From Podarcis bocagei (lineage: Eukaryota): a DNA stretch of 64,000 nt. Positions 26,705 through 39,424 of this stretch are shown piece by piece. Position numbers and translations under genes: made by a program. The stretch lies in NCBI GenBank assembly GCA_964188305.1, contig OZ076894.1, one strand, 5' to 3'. The notes under the pieces were generated by a model, which was given only the letters and a program-made list of their open reading frames with translations, was not told where the DNA came from and made no database searches. Each line of letters starts with the position of its first letter. Position 1 is the stretch's first letter.

Positions 26705-28419
26705 GTCTAGCTAACAGATGCACAGTGCAAAGGTCTTTCATCTTTTCCTATGTGAGAAAGATTTTTACCACATTTGTTACACAGGTGCTACCTGTTTCAA
26801 AAGCTGTACAAAGCCTGGCATTAATTCAGTGTGTGCCTCTTTGAGAAGTTAAGAAAAGAACTGTATGAAGGTTACCAAAACCTCTAGCCAAAGCATTCAA
26901 TAAGTGAAAAAAGCTCCCACCTCCATTGCTTCCTGACATGTTGCCCCCTTAAGGTTATTATGTCACAGTGCTGATGTGAGATGTCAGTGCAGGAGTCACG
27001 TGCTCTACTTCCTTGCCTGGTCTGTCTGTACTAAAAGTGGACACTGTGAAGGCAGGTGTGGTGGTGTGGCATTGGCAGCAAAGCAGGGCAGCTCTTACTG
27101 AACTTGTTGATAGAGAGACTATAGTTATGGAATTCCATTGTATTTGATGGTCTATATTTATGTTCCTAGTTTTAGAGATGGTTTAGCATTCTTTCACTTG
27201 TTCAACCATGCACAGCTTGCATTTTCTAGATCCAAACAAATAGCTTCATATCACTGAGTTCATGTTGATAGTGAAACAAAAGTTTTATGTATTAACAAGG
27301 TTCACTAGGTACCTTTGGGTTTAGTGAAATGCACCTGCCAAATACTCCTACCTATAGCTGAAATGAGCACACAGCTTATACAGTGTATGCAGTTCATGTT
27401 GAGTCAATAATATAAGCACATATACCAGAAGCACCCCTGCTGAAAAATACACATGGCCTTATGCTTCTCGTGCTAATACCAACATCAGCTTAAGACATCA
27501 TCTGTCCATCCTAAATCTTTCCCCCCACCTTGTTTCTTGTGCCAACCTGGGCTGCTGTCACCTCTTTCCTTCCATTCATGCATTATACAGGAAATAAATT
27601 CCATGCTGTTTCCTCCAGTGGTAGAATATAATGGTAGGAATTTGACTCTTCTGTTGAGTTGTGGGACAGCTTTGCATGGAACTGGGAAGTGTCACAACTG
27701 GGAAGTGCAGTTGTGTTTTCTTTCTCTTTTATCCACTCCTGAAATTTGCACGTTTTCTCCATGGATGCATGTGGATGCTTGCTATCAATGTTCAGCCAGC
27801 TCATGTACCTCTCCTCGCAAGAGATATGTAAGTTACATGAGAATTATATCTGTAATATGTAAAGCTGCTCATAAAAGCCTCCTTCATGTTATCCACATGT
27901 AGAGGGCTCCTTCCATGAAGGAGAACAGGATTGCACTACTGACCATGTTCTGATGTTGCATGCTTCCCCAACGCCAACAATGATACATTGTCTTGGGAGA
28001 GTCTCAAAATCCATTCTTACTGTTGGTAATCATATTTTTCTATGAGGGGGGAGTAAGGCATGAACTTCATGGACAGATCACAGCTGTTCAAGCAGTCCAG
28101 TCATGTATACATTGTCATCTGCTGCAGAGACAAGAGGAGAGACAAAGAGGAGAGACATACTGACCTGCTGTTGGGTATCTACAGTGCATGTTCACTTTCT
28201 CTGTTCCCCTGGGTGTGCATTTATTTTTTTCCAGCTGAAAATAATCCTGCATTAATTCCTCCTCTAGCAAAAGTTTTTACTAAAGCTGTCAGCATTGTTG
28301 CTTGAGAAGGGGTTTCATGGTTTGGCTCAGAATCAAACCCGTGTTTCTCATCTATTTTCTTATTAGAATCTTGGCATATTTATAAGCTGTGTGTGACATA
28401 TATATATATATATATATAT

Positions 28420-28694
28420 GCTTTCGTAGATTTTCACGGGTACAGGAATGCAGGTTTTGGTGTCTACGGGTGTCTTCCCGTGTAAGAGTTGGGGTGTCTA
28501 GGCGACGTTTCGACGAGGTCTCACTCGTCATCTTCAGGCTGGTGCTTTCGGCTTCTTGTTACTAGAACAGAGCCCTCTGTTCTAGTAACAAGAAGCCGAA
28601 AGCACCAGCCTGAAGATGACGAGTGAGACCTCGTCAAAACGTCGCCTAGACACCCCAACTCTTACACGGGAAGACACCCGTAGACACCAAAACC

Positions 28695-28699
<5 letters not shown>
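28420..28699. mobile_element. Penelope-like retroelement pLTR fragment in inverted (palindromic) arrangement, inserted in (TA)n
   Basis: 125-bp arms 28448-28572 and 28575-28699 with one mismatch; hammerhead core; minus-strand end ...ccgtgaaaatctacgaaagc resembles PLE termini; (TA)n on both sides. Confidence 0.8.
28504..28537 (-). ncRNA. Minimal hammerhead ribozyme core (Penelope type), core intact on the minus strand
   Basis: CTGAAGA-T-GACGAG(tgagac)CTCGTC-GAAA-C-GTC; stem II is a perfect 6 bp, stem I is weak. Confidence 0.6.

Positions 28700-28756
<57 letters not shown>
28698..28756 (+). repeat. (AT)n microsatellite, with a second tract at about 28399-28419
   Basis: Directly visible. Confidence 0.95.
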
Positions 28757-28758
<2 letters not shown>

Positions 28759-31700
28759 GTGCATGGTCTTACTTTTATTTGCATTTGATTACTCTCTCAA
28801 CTGCAATATTTTGAGAGCACGGGAATTATATTGGGAGTTTTTTCCCCTTAAAGTAAGAAGTAGTTGAGAGTAATTAAAGGATTTCAAAGGAAGTGCTTAC
28901 TGTATAAACCAGCAGGAAAGTAGAACAACATAAAAGTCTAGCATGAAGGTTTTTTTCACAGTCTTCACATAATACACTGAAACTTTGAAATGCCAAGATC
29001 ATTTAATAGGGTTTAGTCTGTCAGCTTACATATGAGTAGAGAGGCAGGGGGTGGACAGCTGCTAATGATCATGGGAATATCAGGTTAAATTAGGAGAGAG
29101 AGAAGCAGAATGAATGGTAGTAAAAGAGTTAAAGGAAAATGACAAGGGCTTTCAAAGATGTACCAAGGGAACGGTGTAAGTGGGTCTATTAATAGGGAAG
29201 AAATATGAGCATAATAACGACTCAAAAGTGTCGGAGTAATCTTGAGATTGATCCTTAATCAGGTGCTTGCCCCCTTTCCTGGTCAAAGAGTAATCAAGTT
29301 GTGTTCTCTTCAAATGGGGATAAGGACGGTTTCACATAACCAGTAAGTATAGGGCTGGCTCTTTTTATTTTGTTGAAAATGACAGCTTGCTTACCTCTGT
29401 CCTTTCATCATCATCTTGACTGCCACAATGTTTTAGAGTCCTTGCAAGTTTGTGGGTTTGGGAGTAATTTGTAGATGCATATGTTACTTTGTGTATGCAA
29501 AAGAGTAGTGTTTATATGTGATTGTAAATATGCAGGAGATGGTGTGATTGTTAGAGTAACTGTGTGTGGTTCTGCAAGTGTATGACTGTTCGGATAGTAG
29601 GTCCTGGATCTCTCTGACACTTCTGATGTAACTCCAAGCCAGAATCACCTGCCCCAGAGGATATCTAGCCAGTGAATCTACCAGACCTGAGGTCAAGGGG
29701 CAACTCATTGAAAACAATTATGAGGAAGAAAAGTTAACAAACTGCAAACTTGGGAGAAGCGTTTCAGAGTGGGAGCCAAATCTAAAACCAACATGGGACT
29801 GCTACCAAAAAACAGCAGCTCTGTGTCAACTCCCTTAGTGACATAGGAAGCTGCCTTATTCCTAATCAGGCCATTGGTCCATTTAACTCAGTATTGCCTA
29901 CAATGACTAGAATTGGTTCTCTAGGATTTTACTTAGGAGACATTCCCAACCCTGCCTGGGTATGCTGTGGCTTGAACCTGGGATGATTTGATTCGTTATT
30001 TGGCCCCCACATAGAGCTGCTGCACAGCACTAGTATTTTTGAACCTCCAATTGATATGAGATGATTTGCTGACAGGAGCAATGCCAGGATAGTGAGTGAG
30101 TCAAACTAGATATGACACAGTGGGCTGTTATTTTTTTTTATGCGTGTTTGTAACGTGTAGTTTTCTGCTCAGACCTTTCTGGTTGGGGAAGTTTAAATTT
30201 CTCTTCTCATCACCGGAAATGATAATGGATGCACACATTACATCTAATTGCCCCTCATTTGCTTTTAAAAATTATATATTTATAAAAATACAATTAAGAT
30301 TCACATTAACAATGGCTGTTTTTTCATTACACTGTGGAGTCTTTTAAGTTAATGCCTGCTTCCTTTGGGAAGTCTCCCTGGTCCTGTAAGGTCTGAACAT
30401 AGTTTCATGATTATGAACTTGGCATTTCCTAGAAATAAATAAATGTGGTTTTTTTAACTTAATCATCCAGGGATTCTTTTTAATGGCTTCTGCAAAAGCA
30501 TCAGAAATGTTAATATTTAATGTCATATTTATGATCCATTATTATTATTTCATTTAATTAATTGGTAGAATAACCCCCAACTTTTTATCGATTGAGTGAA
30601 GCCCAAGCAGCCACAATGTCAAGATTTTCAAGCTGTTACAGAATTGCTTTTGGTAATGTTGAAAGCATTATTTTGGCTTCATGACTCAATACAGCAACCT
30701 TTCTAGTGTCTTCCCTCACCCCCTTCAATATTTTTGTTTGATAGGGACATCATGTTAAGATTCATTGGCCCTTTGCAATGTTACCTAGTTCTGAATCCCA
30801 CATTTGAAGGAGATGCATTAGAATGTGTCAAGACTGTGCATATTGGTAGGGAGCAGAGAAACAGTCTAATCATATATCCCTGCTGGGGCTTTTGTAGCTG
30901 TCAGGGCTGAGGCATAAATTATTGGATGAAGTCAGTAGTGAGTACCAAGGAGCAAAACCAGGACCAAAGGATAAATCAGGAAGTAGCATCAAGAAGGAAC
31001 AAGCCAGAAGCAAGGACTAAAAAGCAATGCACTACTGTTCAGTAGCTCACCACACATGACAGTTGCACAGAAAGCCAATGACTTCCACTTTGAGCTCTGG
31101 TAGTAGCCTGGTGGGAGGATGTTAGTTTTCTTTAGTTGCAACAACAGCACAGCCAGTCCGTTATCCTTCATATAATTCAAGTTATTGCTCTAGAGCAAAT
31201 CAGTAGCTGAGATACCAAAACCTGCAATCTGGTTCAGCATCAAATAAATCATTGCAGAAGGGGTGTGTGTGTGCTTCTCTATTTGGAAGCCCCATATTGC
31301 TGGTAATATGATGGTTGGAGACAGCAGGAGTATTTAACTTTTAAGGAAGGAATGGAATTGGCCTGTAATGGAGTTATATCCCACTTTTTTGGGCCATATT
31401 TCACATAAGTTTATAAACATATCCTTTGGATTCCACCTAACAAACAATGCAATATTACATACACCACAGTGACTTGTTTGCATCTGCTCAACTCTACATA
31501 AAGTAGGAGCAATGTTTTGTCTGCCTTCATTCCTCTACTGCAACTCACATGCATGCACACATGATGGACTCCACTGTTGATTTCTGGTCTGAATAAATTA
31601 GGATATCATTACAAAGAAACTAATGCAACTGATATTGCCCTAGTGTTTCTTTTGAACAACAAATTCTAAACAGTTTCATACAATGGGCAATCAGCTATAA

Positions 31701-32154
31701 GAAGCATGTACAGTTTGTTAGGCTCTGGGAACCTAGGTGCCAGTGGGAATGATTAGGGAAACTGGGTGGAGCCTTTAAGCATCAGCTGCTAGTGCCCATA
31801 AATTAAGTGATAAACCTTTGAAAAGCTAATCTGAAAAGCAAGGATTTATATTTGGGATCACATGCTTGTACAGGAAGTGCATTCCAGATTTCAGCAAGGG
31901 AGAGAAAGATTTGAGAGGGACTGGAGATGCAAAAATTCACAATATGGTCCAAATATATGTTTCCTCTTGGTTGTATTCAGGATTAAACTGCAAAATTGAA
32001 AAAAAACAAAACAGCTGGTACATTTTAAGTGTGCTTGTTGTGGTTACTTTGCATGTCACCTAATAAACATCTTGGTGTTCCTGAGGAATAATACTATGTG
32101 AACAGAAATGATGAGGTACTGGCACCATGGCTCCTTGACCCACACAAGATAGAA

Positions 32155-32478
32155 CAGGGGTCAGCAACCCTTTCCAGACATGGGCTGGTCCACTATCCCT
32201 CAGACCTTGTGAGGGGCTGGACTATTTTTCGGGGGGGGGGGGAATGAACGAATTCCTATGCTCCACAAATAACCCAGAGATGCATTTTAAATAGAAGCAC
32301 ACATCCTACTCATGTAAAAACACCAGGCAGGCCCCACAAATAAGCCAGAGATGCATTTTAAATAAAAGGACACATTCTACTCATGTAGAAACACACTGAT
32401 TCCCAGACCGTCCGCAGGCCGGATTTGGAAGGTGATTGGGCCAGATCCAGCCCCCAGGCCTCGGGTTGCCTACCCCTG
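32155..32478. mobile_element. Non-autonomous hAT (Charlie/Buster group), uninterrupted AT-rich version
   Basis: Ends caggggtcagcaacc...ggttgcctacccctg; TSD agatagaa/agatagac. Confidence 0.88.
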
Positions 32479-35400
32479 AGATAGACTATCTGAGGAGAGA
32501 CAACAGATACATGTTTGTCTTAGTAACGGGCTCACTATCTGGCCATGACTGGCTCAGATTATGCAGTGTACATTATTTCCCCACCAATACCTAACATGAT
32601 AATTTGGGCATTAATCCCATTAATTTATCTAAATCATTATTTTTCCATTTAATTGTGTTTAGGATTAAACACTCCCATGCAACGCTGTGGGTGAATGTAG
32701 AAAACAGTACCAAAATTAAGATCTTAATGTTGTTGATTTCTTGTTCCCTTAAATGCTAATTAAATCAGTGCATCAAATTCAAGGCTTGGCACATAAGCAT
32801 TGTCAGCCAGCTCTGAGAGAAAGGCCACAAGAAAAGACTTGCTTAAACAGCATGTAATGAAAATTTGTTTTATTATTATGATTCCTGGAAGAACTTAGTA
32901 CCAATCTGTACTAAAGATTAGTACCAATCTGTAGAGGATTTTTAGCAGTAAGTGAGATGCCCCAGACCCCTATGAATGAAAAGGAAAAACACATGAACAA
33001 TAAATCAACCAGTTATGCAATAATGCATTTTCAGTAACCACCTCATATATAGTTTGAGGATTGTTGAAACATGGTGATGATGCAGAATTGCATATTCACT
33101 TTGCTTCAGTAATATCTTCTACTGGTGAGCAGGTGTCTAGAAATAGGATCCAGTTAATATTAAGTTTTCCATTCCTTTAAATGGGAAAGATGTAAGAACT
33201 TTTTAAAAGAACTTTCCCAGTGGGTTTCCAATATGTATAGCGTTGGCTGAACCAGAGTCAGAGATACACCTAAACATACTGGCCATAGTCACATAGTAAA
33301 TGGCTGTTGTGTAAGATGCTTTGTTGGCCATTTGATTAAATTAGCCGTATAAAGGGATCTTTGTCTAGTCCCTTTGCCTTGACTCAAACTACTGCACTGA
33401 GACATTAAGACCATTATTTCATATTTTGCTGAAAGTAAAGTAAGCAGCCCTCTTCTTTTAGAAAGCAGTTGGACCAAGCTGCTGAGTTTTCCAAGCCAAA
33501 AAAGAGAGTCTGTTTTGTTTGTGACTAATCTTGGTTGAGACATTCTCTGATCCAGGCCTGAGCTACATACTTGCAGTTTTGACCAACAGTGGATTCACTG
33601 GGGTTTCTCATGGATCCAATTTCTCATCCCATTGAAAATAATGGAGTCCTGACCCAAATGCAAATTATGCCCACCTTGATACTGCTCAGTAGAATTTACA
33701 TGGTTGAGCATTCCTACTTTGAATTCTTGCCCCATCCATTATTCAGACACTCATAAGATATTATGTACTGCATATTTTAGGCCACAATATGTTTCTAATA
33801 GGAGAGGAGAAAAGAGTTTAAAATGCAAGGTGAATACAGCTATAGTCTTTGGGTTTTCTAAAACTCCAGCTCCGACTAAACTCCAGCTCCGATAAAAAAT
33901 TGGTGCAACCGTAGGTCCAGTCACATAGTTGTTATTGTATAAGACCAAGCTCCTCACTTAACTCAGAAACAGATTCAATATGATTTCCTGCTGTTTGAGT
34001 CCTTCCAATATAATTCACCTATCTGTCTACTTCCTTTGGTTCAGTTGTTGAGTCCCAGAATGAATCTCTCCACAAAGGTGACCTTGTAATATATAGGATA
34101 GAATTTCAGTAATTTTACCTGATTATTTCAGGCCTGCTGTGTTGGAAACACCTTAAGAATTTCAATGAAGGTAGAGACTGTGGTCTTGTGCTTGTTTCTC
34201 TTTGTTTAAAAACCTCTGGCACTTTTGCTCATCAGAAGCTCAAAGTTATTCCCTATTTTATATCAATAATATGTTCATGATGCTTGAATCGGTTTTTAAA
34301 TATAGTGTGTGGAAAATTTTATTTTTATCAATTACATATGATGCAAATTGTTTGTGTGTATCTTGAATGAAGTTCACATAAAGATATATGTTAGCTGAAA
34401 TCTTATATTGTGTAATGGTTTAAGATAATCTGAAATCCCAAAGTAAAATTGTTGTATTACTAAAAATACAGGAGACGTGTGTCATTAAACTACAGAGTTA
34501 CTGGCTGACTACTCACTGAGATTGTCAAAAATATGTTTTAAATATAAATAGAAGAATCATTTATTCATGATAGTTGCCACAGAGAAGGGAAAATCACCCC
34601 CTCTTCCATTTTTCCAAGACCTAACGTGCATATAATTTGGCTAAAATTCAGAGACTGGAGATGTACATCAGATTGATAGATCAATGCATCCACCTTTTTT
34701 TTGTGCTCTTGCACCCAGGGTTGGGTGTTTGTTTGTTTTTTAATATCTGAAATGAAATGCTTTGGAAACACATACAACTAAAAAATTGACTGTGTGGAAA
34801 GAATAAACTAGAAATCAGTGGATTTGGAGCTATATGCATCAGATTCTGAATTTCCATGTTCGACATCTGGTCCAAAACAGGACTGGATTAGGCCCCTGGG
34901 CAGTAGTAGAAATATGGCTCTCATCATTTCTGATTATTGGCCATCATGGCTGAGACTAATGGGAGCTGTAGTTCAAATCACCAGAAGCTCACCAGGATGG
35001 CTACATCCTCCACACCCACAAACAGGACAGTTATAGCTTCCACAAATGTATATGTGCATGCATATACGCATACCAACACACATACATTCTTCATGTTGCT
35101 TAGTGAAGTTGGAACTGATGGGCAGGAAGAGTCACTTCATGGTGTAAAAGTCATAGTCTCCTGCACATGCAGGGAGACATCAGTTGCCTCCAGGATGCTT
35201 GAGATCACCATGCCATGAATTGTGACTTACTTACAACCTCTTTGAACTCTCATTAAGTAATATAAACTGAGGAGGAGGGGAACAATGCAATTTTCCCTAT
35301 AAGTAGCATGAGTGTTGCAGCGGAATTACACACAGGGTCCTGATGAATGTCAATTATGTCACTGCCTCTTATTTTAAAAGTCCAAAATTCAAACTTAATG

Positions 35401-36860
35401 TGGATGTCTGCATAAGTTTGTCCAAATTATTTCTGAATTGGATGGAATGAAGACATCCAAGGTATTTATGCTTGCTATAAAGTGGGAGTGCAATCCTAAA
35501 CCCTGAATCTGTGCTGCAAAGAGGAGCCTTCACTGGATTCCATCAAGCTCTGTCAGTCGGGAGGCTTCCATTGCTACAGAGGCCCCTTCTATACACAGCA
35601 GGGTGGGAAGCTACCTGGAGCTGATGCAGCTGAAGAAAGCCCTTCTCAAAAAACCACCTTCCCACCTGGCTAATAGGAGTGTCAGGATTTGGGATGTGTT
35701 CTGCCATTCCAATTTGCTCCACTGACCAGGTTTTAGGACCACTCCAGTACTTTCTTGCACATTACTGCTACCATAACCTTGCTCCCCGAGGAAGCAGGTG
35801 TTTATACCTTGTGACATTATCTTTAAAGGCTACAGGCAAGACTAAAACAAGGAAGAACTCAAATGAACTACAGTTTTACTCTTCTGCTTAGAAAAAATAA
35901 TAATCACATGAAATGAATATTTGCATTGAATTTTGAATTCTAGCATTGAAAATGATCAAAGTTCCAACAATGTGGACATGACTGAGAAAAGTTTTAGATC
36001 TGCAAATGTTCTTCAGCCATAAAACTAAGAAAAGCAATTCTCGAAATGGACAGTTTTGAGAACAAATGGAACCCATTTGTAAATATCCCTCTGGATAGAT
36101 ATTTAACTCAGAATTCAACAAATTTTAAAGGCTCAAATGCCTCTTGACTTCAAACACAATTAATTAATATTTGGATGTTTTCCTTTAGTTTAAGAAAAGG
36201 TCCCAGGGCTTCTAAACACCAGTCCATAAGAACAAACAAGGAGAAAACCAGGATAAAAATAAAACGAGCAGCAGGACCAATAAAAGACACACAAAGTGTT
36301 TGTTAAAACACCTAGGTAACATGCTGTTTATCACCAAATTAAAAGATCTGTACCTTGTGCAAAAAAGACATCAGGTTCTGCACCTGGCAAGTACCATATT
36401 TAGGGTACTGCAGTGGAAAAGCTTTTCTCTGGTCATTATCCACCTAACTTCAGGAAGACAGGGAGTCAGAAAAAGCATAATAACATTTAGTAGGTTCATA
36501 TGAGCAGTGGTAGTTCCTTAGACACCCAGGTCCCAAAACATTTAGGGCCTTAAGGTATCTGCACATTGAATTTACCTGGAAGCAGGCTGGTAACCAGTGT
36601 TGTTATTTTGAGAGCAAGCTGGTCCCAGCAGCTGTGTTGAGAACCAGTTGAAGTTTCCAAGAAGGGAAGGGCTGTAGTTAGTAGAGCTTATGAGTACAGC
36701 AGGTCTTAAATTCAATCCTCATCTCCAGGAGGATCAGGGAAAATATCTTTTCTGAAACTCTGGAGAACCACTACTAGTCAGTGTTGGCCATACTGAACTA
36801 CATGGACCAATTGCAGTTTGCTGTGTTCCTAAACTTCACATGCACTGCAGTAGTCTAGCC

Positions 36861-37600
36861 CAGTGTTTCCCAACCTTTTTTGGGCAAAGGCACACTTGTT
36901 TGAGGAAAAAAATCTCGCGGCACACCACCATTACAGCCCCGTGACGTCAGCGTGCAGCGTCACGCCGGGAGGGACGCACGAAAGTGAAAGTTTTCAATTT
37001 TTTCCCCTCCCCCTTGCCGGGGAACCTCCAAGCTTTGGGGGTGGGGGGGGGGAGGAGGCAGCAAAGCGAGGGACTGAGGGACGGCGGCAGCTGAGGCGGC
37101 GGCGGCTGTTGTTGTGGTGGCGGCGATAGCGGGCGGAGGAGGGGGTGGTGGCGGGGCCGAGGTGGCCGGCGGCGGCGGGGGAGGCGGCGGCGGGTGGAGC
37201 AGGAGGGTGGCCGAGGCTGGTGAGGGAGTAGGGTTGCCCGGGGCTTGAGGAGCCGTCGCCGGGAGTTGCTGCTGCTGCTGTTGCTGCTGCTGCCCGGACA
37301 TGCCGGCCTCCTCCTCGTCCGCTGTCTCGCGCTCCTCCCTTTTGCACGCGCTGCCCCGCCGCCGCCCCATTGGCTGGGTCCTGTCAGCTGAACCTGTGTT
37401 ATTTCCTGTGTGTGTGTGTGAGGGGAGAATGGAGAGAGAAACCTCGGCACCACCACCGCGGAGCCGCCCCCGGCTCGACGCGGATCCTCGCCGCCGCCGC
37501 CGCCTCTCACCGCCCGACTCGCCCGCCTCCCTCCCACGGCACACCAGCCAACTTCTCACGGCACACTAGTGTGCTGCGGAACACCGGTTGGGAAACACTG
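36861..37600. mobile_element. Young non-autonomous hAT, 740 bp, carrying captured CpG-island cargo (37072-37484)
   Basis: TIR CAGTGTTTCCCAACC; perfect TSD gtctagcc (36853-36860, 37601-37608); about 210 bp of left end and 110 bp of right end shared with 26218-26704. Confidence 0.95.
37077..37301 (-). pseudogene. Transposon-captured fragment resembling the RANBP9 (RanBPM) exon 1 N-terminus, first ~75 codons
   Basis: gccggcATG then MSGQQQQQQQQQLPATAPQ...ATLLLHPPPPPPPPPATSAPPPPPPPP, versus recalled human RANBP9 MSGQPPPPPPQQQQQQQQL...AALLLHPPPPPPPATAAPPPPPPPP. Low complexity and not searched. Confidence 0.65.
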
Positions 37601-37776
37601 GTCTAGCCTGGTGGTTATCAGGGCAAGGATCACCTATAGAGGTTATCTCTGCTCTGGAGAGGCCACAGCTGGTATAACAGCTGTATCTGGTGAAGGTTTC
37701 ATGGATGACACTTAGATTGATCTGGGTAACCAGAGGTCTATTAGCATGTGCAGACTGTGAGCCTGGCACTTTAGGA

Positions 37777-37873
37777 CAGAGGTGGCCAACATGGTGCCCT
37801 CTAGATTTGTTGCACTATAATGTCCATCATCCCTGGCCAAGACATCTGGAGGGCATCACGGTGGCTACCCCTG
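37777..37873. mobile_element. Short hAT MITE; related degenerate copies near 6860-6965, 34905-35010 and 57100-57315
   Basis: cagaggtggcca...tggctacccctg; TSD ctttagga/ctttaaga. Confidence 0.75.
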
Positions 37874-38353
37874 CTTTAAGATGGGTGTCTACCCATCCAG
37901 TATAGAATGAAAACCTCCACCCAGATTAGACAAACCACCCCATTAGCAATATTGCTGTTTTCAGATTGAGCTTCATTTTATTTGTCCTCATCAAGTCCTT
38001 TACTGATCCAAAGCACCATTTCTGTGCTTCCACTCCCAAATCCCTGGATGACCTCACTCAGTGTGATGTGGAAGTTGTATAGCATGGAATACAAGATAGA
38101 CTCCTATCTAATGTAAATAGATAGTACAGTAGACTTTCAGGACAATCTCCTAGAATCAACCATCCAGGAACTATTGAAGCATAATGCCCAACCTCCAAGA
38201 ATCACATTCAGTAGTTTCTATGATCAATGACACCAAAGCTGAAGTGTCCAGAATAATTAGCAGGATTACATGAGATATCCACCAAGACAACCCAGCCAAG
38301 GCAGTTTTGATGTTGAACCCAGGCCTCGTGTCAGATTTGCATGGATCCAGATA

Positions 38354-38593
38354 CAGTGGTACCTCAGGTTACGAACTTAATTCATTCCAGAGGTCCGTTC
38401 TTAACCCAAAACCGTTCTTAATCTGAGGTGCGCTTACACTAATGGGGCCTCCCGCTGCCGCTGAGCTGCCGGCAAGCAATTTCCATTCTCATCTGGACCA
38501 AAGTTCTCAACCCTAGGTACTACTTCCAAGTTAGCGGAGTTTGTAACCCGAGGTGTTTGTAACCCGAATCATTTGTAACCTGAGGTACCACTG
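38354..38593. mobile_element. Tc1/mariner (Tigger-like) MITE
   Basis: TIR CAGTGGTACCTCAGGTTAC, TA TSD; homologous to 11983-12208. Confidence 0.9.
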
Positions 38594-39424
38594 TAATTGG
38601 TTTAATCTAATAGTGACTGGAGACAGCATATACAGTAATATATTTCCCCCATGCCTTTGTAGTATAAGAAGGTAGCAGTTGTTGGGAAACGTGTGCTTTA
38701 CAAGTCTTTGTATAAGTCATTTCATTTATTTTATTTTTCAAATATAATTTAGGTGGTTAGGACTTCCACTATAGTTTGTTTCTTGGCTAGCGAACGTGTG
38801 AGCACTGAGCATGCCTTTTTTTAAAAATAATAATAAAAAGATTGTTGAATAAAGCAAATGTTGGCCAGATTGTGCTGTTATTATGATTGCACACTGGAGA
38901 GTAGTAACTGTTTTATAAGTTACCTGCTAGTGTGGTAAAATGCATTTCCATTTATTTTGATGATGCTAATCTCTGTTTCCTCTGAGAGGGTTATTAAACA
39001 TAGGTAATTCAGTAGCTTTCATTACTTTGGCCTAAAGGAGAAGCTTTAGAAGCAGGAATGCTTTAAATGCAGTGGAGCCAGGAGCAAGGAAAGCGACTCT
39101 ATAATGGATTATGTAAGTGTGCCACAAAAGTAATCTGACTTGACTTCTCAGTCCTTGTTTCAGAAAGCAATCTGTATGACATATTTATACAGTGAATAAA
39201 TAAAATAAATTTCAAGGTCTTACTCTTGGCAAAGTGTAATGATTCAAGAACTTGCCTGAGGGGGTGGTATTTAAAGCAAAGGGGTGGCCCTAAGGATTGT
39301 GGGGCCACAAGAAGGATTTGTTTGTGGGAAGATGAGCGAGATTGCCAGCATAATAGTAAGGAAATTATCTGTGTTTGCCATAATTCCATCTACTTTCCCT
39401 GTCTGACAACCTGCTCCCCTGTTA

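Noticed and set aside
32895-32934. 16-bp direct repeat ttagtaccaatctgta (similar short duplication at 33860-33893)
   Set aside because: Ordinary slippage or repair duplication with no further structure.
36947-37606. A real host gene or CpG-island promoter at this locus
   Set aside because: The entire GC-rich segment is bounded by TIRs and a perfect TSD, and no SPRY-domain or downstream RANBP9 exons are visible; it is cargo, not the native gene.
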